Of a stretch of 64,000 nucleotides of DNA, positions 11,771-24,376 are shown piece by piece. A program made the position numbers and the translations under genes. Origin of the DNA: Octopus bimaculoides (lineage: Eukaryota). A model generated the notes under the pieces. That model was given only the letters and a program-made list of their open reading frames with translations. It ran no database searches and had not been told where the DNA came from. Where the stretch lies: positions 70,141,333 through 70,205,332 of the forward strand of contig NC_068984.1 in assembly GCF_001194135.2 (NCBI RefSeq). Direction: 5' to 3'. The first letter of the stretch is position 1, and the number at the start of each line of letters is the position of its first letter.

Positions 11771-12941
11771 GTAGATGGCCCTGCTCAGTATGTAGAAAAG
11801 GAGTAGGTAGTAACTCTATAAGATGTACCCGGTGCAAGCTATGGACACATAAGAGGTGCAGCAACATCAAAGGCAGGTTAACTAGCAAGTTAGTTTTTGT
11901 TTGTGGCAGATGTTCAGGTGCAATAAAGACTGCAAACNNNNNNNNNNNNNNNNNNNNNNNNNNNNNNNNNNNNNNNNNNNNNNNNNNNNNNNNNNNNNNN
12001 NNNNNNNNNNNNNNNNNNNNNNNNNNNNNNNNNNNNNNNNNNNNNNNNNNNNNNNNNNNNNNNNNNNNNNNNNNNNNNNNNNNNNNNNNNNNNNNNNNNN
12101 NNNNNNNNNNNNNNNNNNNNNNNNNNNNNNNNNNNNNNNNNNNNNNNNNNNNNNNNNNNNNNNNNNNNNNNNNNNNNNNNNNNNNNNNNNNNNNNNNNNN
12201 NNNNNNNNNNNNNNNNNNNNNNNNNNNNNNNNNNNNNNNNNNNNNNNNNNNNNNNNNNNNNNNNNNNNNNNNNNNNNNNNNNNNNNNNNNNNNNNNNNNN
12301 NNNNNNNNNNNNNNNNNNNNNNNNNNNNNNNNNNNNNNNNNNNNNNNNNNNNNNNNNNNNNNNNNNNNNNNNNNNNNNNNNNNNNNNNNNNNNNNNNNNN
12401 NNNNNNNNNNNNNNNNNNNNNNNNNNNNNNNNNNNNNNNNNNNNNNNNNNNNNNNNNNNNNNNNNNNNNNNNNNNNNNNNNNNNNNNNNNNNNNNNNNNN
12501 NNNNNNNNNNNNNNNNNNNNNNNNNNNNNNNNNNNNNNNNNNNNNNNNNNNNNNNNNNNNNNNNNNNNNNNNNNNNNNNNNNNNNNNNNNNNNNNNNNNN
12601 NNNNNNNNNNNNNNNNNNNNNNNNNNNNNNNNNNNNNNNNNNNNNNNNNNNNNNNNNNNNNNNNNNNNNNNNNNNNNNNNNNNNNNNNNNNNNNNNNNNN
12701 NNNNNNNNNNNNAAAAGACACCATTTCGAGCGTGGCCGTTTTCGTGCGGGTGACACGTAAAAGCACCCACTACACTCTCTGAGTGGTTGGCGTTAGGAAG
12801 GGCATCCAGCTGTAGAAACTCTGCCAAATCAGACTGGAGCCTGGTGTTGCCATCCGGTTTCACCAGTCCTCAGTCAAATCGTCCAACCCATGCTAGCATG
12901 GAAAGCGGACGTTAAACGATGATGATGATGATGATGATGAT
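11771..12941 (+). mobile_element. Young RTE-group LINE 3' portion (PHD-like finger to (GAT)n tail) spanning an N gap
   Basis: RWPCSVCRKGVGSNSIRCTRCKLWTHKRCSNIKGRLTSKLVFVCGRC before the gap (11938-12712); CpG-rich 3' UTR and (GAT)n after it. Confidence 0.88.
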
Positions 12942-12964
12942 CTTTACTTTCAAATTACATCCAT

Positions 12965-14115
12965 AAAGTGCATGTTTGCCGGTCTCTTTCTTTGTTTAGG
13001 AAGCCAATCTTTTTCTCTAACATGATCAAGTGCATCAATGGTTATTGATATAAAAACGACTATAGTATCAGGAAAGAGGAGCTGCAGGTTTTGAAACAGT
13101 TGTCCTTATATATTTTCCTTCAGGTTGCTTTTAGAAATGATATTAACATCTGCAGTGTTGCTAACCGCTACATCTATGCATGATAATTTTCATCTTTGTC
13201 CATATATCTATATCTGGCCTATTATGCTTCTGCTATGCAGAGGATTTGACAGGAATGTTCTGTCAATATATCTTGTGTTATTAGGCATATATTTTGTAAC
13301 AGAGATGCTGTTTGTATTTGTTTGTAGGCAGTCTTTTTCTGAAGATGACATCGTATATTGTTTAAGTAACAACATCATGTTTCAGTAGGAGATAGTACCT
13401 TGAGGACATGTTTGAACAGCAGCTGATTATATGTATTAAGTCCTCCATAGAAGAGCGATATAATCAACATTTGCAGTTATATTTGATAGTTTAAGGGCTT
13501 CACAATTCTATTTGTTGATCAGATATTTCATAACTATCTTCTGCTCTTGGGTTGCAAAAGTTTAACTTTCAAGATGTGACATGATGTAATGGTTAGGAGA
13601 CCAAGGCAGGTTTCAACTTCATGTTAATGTTGTAATCCTCTTCGAATTTACAGGAAACATTCTCATGCATAGCCTTTTTGTAGTTCACAGAATTTTATTT
13701 TCTCAGGTCTTTGCAAAGATATGTGAGCCCAACACCTCTATGTTCATATAGATCATCAGGAAGTGAACATTTCTTGAAGAGTTAACTAACAACTCAGTTT
13801 ATTATTCTCTTCAGTTTTGCATATTTAGTTGATGTATTTGTTCCTGCTGCTGTTGTTTAGTATGGGAAAACATGCAACTGTACTAAGCTCAAGCCAATTC
13901 TTCACACATTTCTTCTGAGATGCAGTTGGTGAACATCACTGATTCTGTGAAAATTTTCAGTTGATGCTTCCATTTTAACATCTATGGAGTGAATTTCATT
14001 TCTAGACTTGTCAAATATCCTGAATGGATTGAGCAGTACTGGTACTGCTAATACATTCTGGGATGTTGTCTTGTTGTAAAAGGCAATATCTGACTGCCAT
14101 GTCTCTTTAGTCTGG
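12965..14115 (-). mobile_element. Decayed RLE-type non-LTR retrotransposon (R4/Dong-like), zinc knuckle plus endonuclease
   Basis: Minus-strand translation: FATQEQKIVMKYLINK, EDLIHIISCCSNMSSRYYLLLKHDVV (CCHC region), HNRPDIDIW, QLFQNLQLLFPD..ITIDALDHV; multiple stops and frameshifts. Confidence 0.8.
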
Positions 14116-15689
14116 AATAATATATTTTGATGATGTATGTATGCATGCATTTATGTCTCTCTATCAGTATGTATGTCTGTCTTGTGTACATGTTTGTATG
14201 TATGTATGTGTATATATATCCATGGAAGTATGTATGCATGTATGTATACATGTATTTATGTATGAATGCATGTATGCAGGTATGTATGTATGTATGTATG
14301 TATGTATGTATGTATGACCATGCACAATCGATACATATCAGCAAGATGAATTTGTGTCTGAAACAAATATATCTGCCATTTAATCCACTCTAGTTTCACA
14401 AATACCTCATTTTCATATTCACCATCAGATATACAATGAACCCATGATTGGCCCATTAGGAACCTTTATCTATAAAATGCACAATATGCAAAAATAAAAT
14501 ACTTATGACTATTCTTTTATGGAGATTTTTGATTTAATGGTTAAGTTGGCTACCAAATCTTCCCCCAGTCCTATATTTTAAAACTTTGGATAATCTGGCT
14601 TTATTTTAAATCTAAGGACAATATTTCTCATTCACTCAGTTAACTTTAGAGCATTACTAACCAGGGTACATAACAATATTCCTATATTCATCTAAGCTAT
14701 TTACGGGAAACATACTCATGCATAACATGCATCCGATTAAGTTATCTGTTTTTTTGTGCTTGGCCTTGAGCAAACAAAAACCTGTATGCTTTTAATTTGT
14801 CACTTTTTCACCTCCTATAAAATATTTTTCATTACTATATCAAATTTCCTATTTGCAGGAATTATTTTTTATGAGCATTTAGAAAATATATAAAATGAAT
14901 TAATCACTTTAACAGTTTTGATTAGCATAAATCATGATCTCATATTAGATTTTATCACATACATAAGAGTATTACTTTTATGTGTTAGCATTGTATTATT
15001 TGTCAATTAGTAAACCATTGATATGGGAGAAATTAATGGATTACAAATTTATACAAACATACATTCATACATACATGCATGCATATTATACATACATGCA
15101 TGTGTGTGTGTGTGTGTGTAAAGTGGTGCAAACGTTTTTTAACTTGAAGAAATATTGCTTTTTATTATGTCCATTAGGTGGCTTTAGAAGCGAGTTGGTG
15201 TTTTATGGATGATATATTTTAGAAAACACTGCTTTCAGCCATTTTCTAAGTCTCCTGTCAACTGTGTAGCTTTTAATATTATAAGTTATTTTAGGTTAAA
15301 TATTTTCTGAGGACATATAGAACAACCTTCTTCATCACCATATGCAAAAAGCATTGCAGTGTGATTACAAAATTTCTTTGCATATACATAGTTTTAGGTT
15401 CAATAACACTACACAATACCTTGGACAAATTTCTTCTTTTGTAACCGTGGGTTGATCAATAACTTCTGAGTGGAATTTGTGTGAGAGTCTATTGTGTGTT
15501 GAATTAAAGGGTCACAAAGTAAATTAATAAACATGAAAAATAGCAGGACCCTTCTATTATAGGGAAAGGCCACCCTCAGTATGAAAAAAAAAAAGGAGGA
15601 ATTTTCAATGATATAACTGGCATGCATCTGATGTACATGGGCAATAAGGGCTATGAGCCTATATAAAAAAATAAATTCCTTCAAATGCA

Positions 15690-16340
15690 TTTCAGGCTCC
15701 CTAGACGTAGTTGATAACTTCTGTTATGTAGATGACCTAATTGATATTGATCTTAGCCATAAGGCCGAGAAGACGACCTAATTAGCAGGTCATCTAGGTA
15801 ATAGAAGTGAAGGTGTTCTGTAAGTATAGTCACTTAAATATGAACAGTTTGTGAAAAGCTCTGCTGATACAAAGGATTTCTCTCTCAGAGTGAAAAGCTG
15901 ATTGTATGATGCATGTGTAAAAGCTGAAATACTAAACGAGAGTGAGGCATATACCTTCAATGCAGAGGATTTGCAAAGACTAGAAAGAAGTGAAGTGCAC
16001 AGGCCTTCCTGGATACATAGTATTAGTATGCATCAATTACAGAGTAAAAATAAAATGAGAGAAGATATAGTGTGCAAAAGAAAAGATTGCTGTTGCATGG
16101 GCATGTGGTGCATATGGAGAGTGACATGTGTACATAGATATGCAGGACATTCAAAGTTCATAGAAATTTTGGAAGAGGAAAATCTAGAAAGAAGGAGGGT
16201 GATGTAGTGAAAGCTGATCTCAAGATGCTGTGTCTCTGAAAGAGGATGACAAAGGACCATGAGGATAAGTAACATGCAGTGGTGGAGAAGAGTTGTCTAC
16301 CTGTGCAAGTATGATGAAATGAGCATTCATTAAAAGTGTT
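15690..16340 (+). mobile_element. Old RTE-group LINE relic
   Basis: LYDACVKAEILNESEAYTFNAEDLQRLERSE, homologous to 1030-1862. Confidence 0.85.
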
Positions 16341-16419
16341 AAAACCAGTAGTAATGATAGAAGCTGTGAGGAATAAATATTCGAGGCTCCAGTCCAAAAG
16401 CACCTTCTCTGCATCTTAA

Positions 16420-16731
16420 AACGATAAACGTTGCTCTTTCAAAGCCCAGCCAGGCTCATAGGCCGGGTTTCCCAGTTTCTACGGCATATGTGTTTCCCTG
16501 AGCTGGACGGGAGGCCAGTCCATCACAGCATTCCTCAAGGAACAGGAAGAAAGAGTGAGAGAAAGGTGGGGCAAAAGAGTACAACTGGGGTCACCACCAC
16601 CCCCTGCTGGAGCCTCGTGGAGCTTAGGTGTTTTCACTCAATAAACACTCACAACACCCAGTCTGAGAATCAAAACCACGATCCTCCAACCGCAAGTCCG
16701 CTGCCCTAACCACTCGGCCATTGTGCCTCCA
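16420..16731 (-). mobile_element. OR-like tRNA SINE with alternative 3' half and 16-bp TSD
   Basis: TSD cttctctgcatcttaa at 16404-16419 and 16732-16747; head as in the 11361 copy. Confidence 0.93.
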
Positions 16732-16908
16732 CTTCTCTGCATCTTAATGCACTTATATTTCACTATCATTCCTCCTTATCTCTTTATTTCTCAACCTCTC
16801 TTCATCACCCTCTCTCCTCCAAAGATGACCAGCTCAAAAGCCAGGTATATTTATGCAGATAATTGGAGACATACAACATTATTTTGCATGAAGCGCCTTA
16901 GTTTATAA

Positions 16909-17992
16909 CACTGGTCAACAAAATAAAACTTTTATTTTTGGCATAAAATTTTAGAGCTGTTTTAGATTCATCTTTGTGTATTAATTCCAAAATTGACCTC
17001 AGATTTGCTCTATCAAATCACATTTTTGTGCCATCAGTATATATCTTTATTTACTTGGTTGGATTGTCATGCTAATTTTGAATACGTTCAAGCTGAATTT
17101 TGCTTTAAAATCCTTTCTCATCTTTTCAGGTGTGAACTGAACCACTCTTGATCGCAGTGGAGAATGCTTCAGAAACATATGTACAACCTTTCTCAATCTC
17201 AGTGATGGGAAGATGAAGGCAGGTATATTTGATGGACCTCAAATAAGAACACTCCTCAGCGATTCACATTTTGTTACAACAATGAATACAGTGGAGGCTA
17301 GAGCTTGGAATGCCTTCTCTGGTGTGGTGTGGAATCTCCTTCGGAACAGAAAAGCTGACAACTATCAAGACATTGTGGAGGAGCTGCTCTTAAGTTTGCA
17401 AGCACCTGGATGTAGAATGAGCATTAAATTGAACTACTTACACAGTCACTTGGGTGAATTTCCAGGGAACCTGGGTGATGTTAGCGAAGAACAAGATGAA
17501 CACTTTCATCAAGATGTAAAGGTAATGGAAGAATGCTACCAAGCCTGATGGGATTTAAACATGATAGCAGATTGCTGCTGGAGTGGGATGAGAGATATTC
17601 AAGAAACTGTGCACCAGAGATTGTCAAAAAAGAGGAAATTCTTGCAGTAAGATGATCAAAATGAATGACCACAATGAATAGAGATTTTGTATTCATATTT
17701 TGTTATAACCAAGCTTAATTCTTATATGCTAATCTGCATTTACTCCCACAGTTTTGTGCTTTGATTTATTATATTAAAAAGAAGACATATTGTCTATTAA
17801 AAATTGCATCTCCGTATGTTTAATTCTTCCTTTATGAGCATTAAATAGCTGTTTCTAACAAAACTAAAAGATTCTATATCTCAAAAATTTAATGTGATAG
17901 ATAAAATCTGATGCCAGATTTGGATTCAGCACTCCAAACTTAGTTCAAAACTATTGATAAACCTTGTGCCAGAAAATATGTGTTGACCAGTG
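16909..17992 (+). mobile_element. Chapaev3-type (CMC superfamily) DNA transposon, internally deleted
   Basis: 12-bp TIR CACTGGTCAACA / TGTTGACCAGTG, 3-bp TSD TAA (16906-16908, 17993-17995), imperfect subterminal inverted similarity, transposase C-terminus inside. Confidence 0.88.
17141..17650 (+). pseudogene. Transposase C-terminal fragment of the Chapaev3-type element
   Basis: LDRSGECFRNICTTFLNLSDGKMKAGIFDGPQIR...KLNYLHSHLGEFPGNLGDVSEEQDEHFHQDVKVMEECYQA*WDLNMIADCCWS; in-frame stop at 17546-17548. Confidence 0.9.
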
Positions 17993-18068
17993 TAATCAAT
18001 ACATATATGTCAATGTAAGGAGGAACAAACACACATTCATGCTTACATATGTATAGACATCATATATC

Positions 18069-18233
18069 ACCACCACCACCACCACCACCACCGCCACTGC
18101 CTCCGCCGCCACCACTGCTGCCATCACCACCACCATCATCATTACCATCATTACCACCACCATCACCACACCACCACACCACTACCACCACCACCACTAC
18201 TACTACCACCACCATAATCATAATTCTCATCAT
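18069..18233. repeat. (CCA)n-derived trinucleotide low-complexity tract
   Basis: Directly visible; explains poly-P/T ORFs. Confidence 0.95.
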
Positions 18234-19252
18234 ATAATGTTCATCTTCCATGCTGGCATGGGCTGAACACATTGACAGGAGTTGATAAGCCAGAGGACTG
18301 TGCCAGGATCCACTGTCTGCTTTGGCATGGTTTTTACAGTTGGATACTCTAACTACTTCACATTCTTAGGATTCAGGTTCTTTTGCTGTCGTCTCCATGT
18401 AACAATAATTTCAGTATGGAAGAAATTATGCTTACAGATTATCAGTAACATACAATTCATCACTTAGAGTTGAATCATTGACATGATCATAATGTTCTGG
18501 TGACCATAATGTTCTCACGAGCTGCGTTCTTTATTTTCATTAATTTGTGAATATACAACTGCATTGAATAAAGCATAGCATGCATATTAAGGCAAACATT
18601 TTAACATAGTTTATTCCACACTGAAATTATTACTGCATAAAGAAGTTTATGAAATAGCTGTAATCCTAAAAATATCAAGTGGTTAAATAAATATATTCAC
18701 CTCTCATACCTCCTCACATTTTATGGTTTATATAGTCATGGAATAATTCTATCAACTAGATCTTCTGGATTTCAGCAGCATGGACATTCTCCAGTTCACT
18801 TCTCTGTATTGGATCATGAATTGGACTGTCAGCTTAGTTTATAAAAGGAGCTTTCTTTGCCAGCAACGCAATTCTCTGAATCCATACCTTATACTACAAA
18901 CTTATACTGACCGATAAATCTACAATTTCTGCTTCTGCACAGTCTCCTACCTACACATTAGCTGATGTATTTAATGTCCTGCTACTGTCTCATCTCATTT
19001 GACTGTTACTTTTCATAGAAGTTAACATTAAACATCCTCATTGTTTTCATGTTACATTTAATGCTTGCTTGGGTCAAATGGTATTTATTGAAGCAAAGTT
19101 TCTATGGGTGGATAGCCTTTGTATTGCTAACATTCACCTATTTCCAAGGAAAGTAGTACTTCTCTGTGCATGACTGGACAAAGAAGATTATAAATGAATG
19201 ACACTAGTAGCATAATAGCAACACTCATTTACAAGCATAAAGAAATCTCAAG

Positions 19253-19305
<53 letters not shown>

Positions 19306-19527
19306 NNNNNNNNNNNNNNNNNNNNNNNNNNNNNNNNNNNNNNNNNNNNNNNNNNNNNNNNNNNNNNNNNNNNNNNNNNNNNNNNNNNNNNNNNNNNNNN
19401 NNNNNNNNNNNNNNNNNNNNNNNNNNNNNNNNNNNNNNNNNNNNNNNNNNNNNNNNNNNNNNNNNNNNNNNTATATATATATATATATATATATGTATGT
19501 AAATGGCCATCTGAGCATCCATTAGTC

Positions 19528-19919
19528 AGAAAAAATATAATCCAAATAAGAAGACAAGAAAGGAACTTATCACATTACTAATGAATAGTTACAATTGCTT
19601 CAGTACTAACTCTGTTTTCAATGCCAATTCATGTGAAAATTTTGTAGTGGCTTTAATCATTAGGGTGGCACTTCTTCAGACCAGCATCAAACAAAGCACA
19701 ATGCTTGGCAGATGTACATTGTAAGATGGCACAGTTGATTCAGATCTGAAGAAGAGTCATTCTAATGTTTAAAACTGCAAATCTTACACAACTTTTCATG
19801 TGGAACATTTTGTGTGAATTGACATTGAAAACAGAGTGGGTACAGAAACAATTGTAACTGGGTATTAAAAATTTAATAAATACTTTATTTGTCTTCTTAT
19901 TTGGATTATGTTTTATTCT
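19528..19919. mobile_element. Inverted pair of Penelope-like terminal repeats, each with a hammerhead-like motif
   Basis: Arms share ataatccaaataagaagacaa and gttacaattg..ctgttttcaatg.caattca; each arm has CTGAAGA...GAARC-AATT-GTA. Confidence 0.7.
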
Positions 19920-22048
19920 TCACTAAACCCATGCAATGGTTTTACTGCTGTGAAAATTTGGATTTTCTGCATCTGAGGAATTTTGATCTTTCTTAAAACT
20001 ACAATCCAGTCAGATCAAGCACAAGGGCACTTACAAAGCAAAAAACCCCTTTAGTTGTGGGTGGGGGGAACATTAGCAATTCTGCTGTGGCAGACGGATG
20101 TTCTTGAGTACAGCAAAGTACTAGATATCTCAGTCCTTTGTCATCTCTTATATATATCTACTACATAATTTTATACATACATCCATGTATGTCTTAGTAA
20201 TTAATAGTGATGATTTGAATAGTGGACTGTTAAAATTCATTGCAATATCTGAATTCTTCAATAGCCAACTGTTTGTATGTGTGTGTATGTGCCCCAGTCT
20301 AAAGAATAGGAGTTTTGTATTCTTTCATACCATGACAATTAACTTAAGCGGTTGACATCAAGAAAGGTGTTTGACCAAAAAACATTCCAGACCCAACCTA
20401 TCCTAGTATGGAAAAGTAGGCATAAAAACATGCTGCTGCTAGTTGATCTTCTTAATGAGAAATTTCAAATACTCCTTTCTTGTGAATATGAATACCTTGT
20501 AGAGAAATATTTCTGATTTTTTATTATTATTTCTATTTTTTTTTGTTAGATTAAAGTGCTAATTAATTTTTTTCTTTTCCAAGTATAATTCCTTTAGTGA
20601 TTATGTCTTAATCATTGCACTTGATTACTGTCTCCATTTATTATGGAGATTGTTGAACATCTCTGAGAAATTTTACACCAAGCTTCAGTATATTGTTAAT
20701 TGATAAATTGAATAATGATAATTTGCTGCTAAATAATGTATAGATTGCTCAAAGAATATATTCAATTAGTACAAAAACATACACACAAACACACACATAT
20801 ACATACACATACATGCATATGTATGTGTGAGCCAGCTCCATGGAAGTTCCACATGTATATTTATCTCTGTACAACTTTTGTGATGTTTGGTAGCTTCAAA
20901 TATCTACATACAAACATTTGTGTATAACCTTGCATGCAAAGAAAGACATATGCATTCATATATGCAAATAAATGCATTAAGATACATGTTTCAAGAACAA
21001 ATATATATATNNNNNNNNNNNNNNNNNNNNNNNNNNNNNNNNNNNNNNNNNNNNNNNNNNNNNNNNNNNNNNNNNNNNNNNNNNNNNNNNNNNNNNNNNN
21101 NNNNNNNNNNNNNNNNNNNNNNNNNNNNNNNNNNNNNNNNNNNNNNNNNNNNNNNNNNNNNNNNNNNNNNNNNNNNNNNNNNNNNNCTATCATTTTGTAT
21201 TTTATATCTACAATTGAAAACACAGAAATTTATGGTTATGTCATACTTATATTCTTATTAGCATACATACCATAAATAGTTTAAGGCATTTTTATCAAAT
21301 TCATTTGTCTAGATTAATTTTGATTAATTACAAGAAGGAAAAAATTCAACACTATACAAAATAAAACATTTCTATCTATTGTTGCTTAATAAGTTTGATA
21401 CGTTTTTTTTTTCTTCAAAATATCAAAGCAACAAAAATAAAAAATAAAAAAAACCTTTGTGATGCAAAAATACCCCAAGCAAGATGTTCGATAGCTGATG
21501 GAAAATTTAATCCTCGCAACTTGACAAAATCAGGTGCAATCAAATACATTTAGGGTTTCTTTAAAAGTTCTAAAAGAAATATGCAAACTTTTACTTTGTT
21601 GTTTTTTATTCAGAGCTGTAAGCATTGTATTGAATGAAGAATATTGTCTATACTGTAGAGAAAACAAATCCAGAAAGTTTTATTTACATTGAAGTAGATT
21701 ATATTTCATAGTGCTGTCTTCACTGTATCTCTTTTTGAGCTCTGATTATCTGCAGGCTATGAAAATGAAACTTAAAGCCTTTTTTCATTTTTTTCATTTG
21801 CTGTTTCTTTTTGTTTATAATTATTAGAAACATTGGTTTAGTATTTTGAGAGATAGATGCTTTTACTTCATTGTCATCAAAAGTTAATTATTTTCACTTT
21901 GTCATTTAGTTTGTTATTACTTTTTCTAAATTCTAAATCTTCTTTAATTTGAGAATGTTGAAAATTTTAGCATATAAACTAAATGCAGCAGGCATAAAAT
22001 GATAAAATGTAGTAACTATTAATTCTATTTCATACATTACTCAATAAC

Positions 22049-22269
22049 ATAAGGTGGTGAGCTGGTCGAGTCATTGTCACACCAGGAAAAATCCTATGAG
22101 GCATTTTATCTGTCTTCATGTTCTGAGTTAAAATTCTTCCAAGGTTGACTTTGCCTTTCACTCATTTTGGGGTTGATAAAATAAGTACCATTTGAACACT
22201 AGGGGATGATGTAATTGACTTACTCCTTCTCCCAAAATTACAGGCCTTGTGCCAAAATTTTAAATCAGT
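22049..22269 (+). mobile_element. tRNA-derived SINE (ggcggtgagctggc family) with 13-bp TSD
   Basis: TSD attactcaataac at 22036-22048 and 22270-22282. Confidence 0.88.
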
Positions 22270-22849
22270 ATTACTCAATAACCAATGTGAATATTCTATA
22301 AAATCAACTTGAGAATGTTATATGGTCTGGAATTTTGTTTGATATTTTATAATCATTGAATATAAATGTCAGTTGTAGTTAGACTAAATGGTTACATTTT
22401 ATTTTGCAATCATAAGTCACCAGACTTGATCCCACTGCACTGCTTGGTGTAAAATCTCCATAGAAATGTGCAACTTTAATATACTCTTCAAGCAGATTCA
22501 TGATGACATAATGTTTGACATTCTTGGATCTTTAAATAACAGGTGCAACCTATCCAATGGGTGTCTGCACAGCTGCCAACCTAAATTCACACAAGTCTTG
22601 GGTCAACCTGCATCCGTGGAAAGAACACCAGCCCAAGATGCAAGGCTAATGTGAGAAACATTAACCAAGATGCATGGCACATTTCTTTAAGTGTCTTTTA
22701 CCATATAACCTTGGAACAATACAAGCTATGTGAATGAAATCAGGTAGACATACACTTCAGAAACCTGTCAGATAGATTATTCAAGAAAAGAATCAAAAGT
22801 TCAAAAGGTCAACTTCCTGGATTTAGGGCAAATATATTCCAACTCCTGG

Positions 22850-23010
22850 AGAGGATGCCAGTCTGTTAGATGATTACTCATTTATCAGCTGAGTGGACTG
22901 GAGTAACATGAAATGAAGCATTCACAATGCATTATCTGGTCTGGAAATTGAAACTACAATCTTACAGTCATGAGTGTTACACACTAACCACTACGTTATA
23001 TGCTTCCATG
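22850..23010 (-). mobile_element. Decayed SINE head plus CORE-like block
   Basis: ctcatttatcagctgagtggactggagtaacatgaaat matches the reverse complement of the 32780 family body. Confidence 0.65.
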
Positions 23011-23599
23011 GATGGATAATTATCCGTAATTAAAAAGTATAATTACATAGGTGATTCACTGTGTCATGCGTGTCATGCTGGTTATACTTTAGAGTTGCAT
23101 TAAGGGGACACTCATCTCTGGAATACCCAGTCAGTTACACATTAATAAGATGAGTGAACTTCTGAATAATCATTGTCAAATCTAACAGAGATCTATTTCC
23201 TTCACTGTAATCCAGTAATTTCATAAATCCAGAGAAAGTTATTTGGTTTATGGATGAGATCTTATAAGTCAGTACACAGCATTTAATGTAAGTTACAGAA
23301 AAAGCAGGCAACAGTGTTTATTTTTCAAACTACACATAGAGTATATCAATAAATGTTAGCAGTCACTCTGTTCCTAAATTAACTAAAATTTATAAGATGC
23401 ATAAGGCAGTTGTAAATATTTGAGATATTATTAAAACCTTCCCATAAATAGGCAGAAAAAGAGAGATTGTCTGATAACTACTGTTTCAGGTATTATTATG
23501 CCTTCCTCAAAGCTATAACCTATTCTGTCTTCACAAACAATTGATTACCCTGTATTAGATGCCACTGCAAAATAGCATTGAAAACCACTGTTGTAACAC

Positions 23600-23809
23600 T
23601 CATTCTTTTATTCTTTTATTTGTTTCAGTCATTTGACTGCGATCATGCTGGAGCACCACTTTTAGTCGAACACATTGACCCCAGAACTTATTCTCTGTAA
23701 GCCTAGTACTTATCCTATTGGTCTCTTTTCCTGAACTGCTAAGTTATGGGATGTAAACACACCAACATCGGTTGTCAGGTGATGGTGAGGGGACAAACAC
23801 AAACACACA

Positions 23810-23847
<38 letters not shown>

Positions 23848-23996
23848 CAGCAAGCTTCTTTCAATTTCTGTCTACCAAATCCACTCCCAAGGCTTTGGTT
23901 GGCCCGTGGCTATAGTGCCCAAGGTGTCATGCAGTGGGACTGAACTCAGAACCATGTGGCTGGTAAGCAAGCTACTTACCACACAGTTACGCCTGC
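23600..23996 (-). mobile_element. OK-like SINE, full length
   Basis: Reverse complement of the 8181/61868 family, including internal (CA)n. Confidence 0.92.
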
Positions 23997-24004
23997 AACT
24001 AAAT

Positions 24005-24376
24005 CTTTATTTTTTATCGTTTACTTGTTTCAGTCATTGAACTGTGACTAAGCTGAGGCGCTACCTTGAAGGTTTTGTTGAACAAATGGACTTAGAACTT
24101 ATTTTTAAAGCTTTAAACTTATTCCATTGGTCTCTTTTGTAGAACTACAAAGTTACAGGGATGTAAGCAAGCCAATATCAGTCGTCTAAGTTGTCATAAA
24201 AATGCACATGTACACATGTATGTAAATGATGGGCTTCTTTCAGTTTCTGTCTATGAAATCCATTTACAAATCATTGGTTAGCCAAGGATTATAGTAGAAG
24301 GCATATGCCCAAGGTGCCATGTAGTGTGACTGAACCCAGAACCACACAGTTGGGAAGCAAGTTTCTTAACTACACC
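24005..24376 (-). mobile_element. Second, older OK-like SINE in tandem
   Basis: Same blocks as the adjacent copy, more diverged. Confidence 0.85.
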
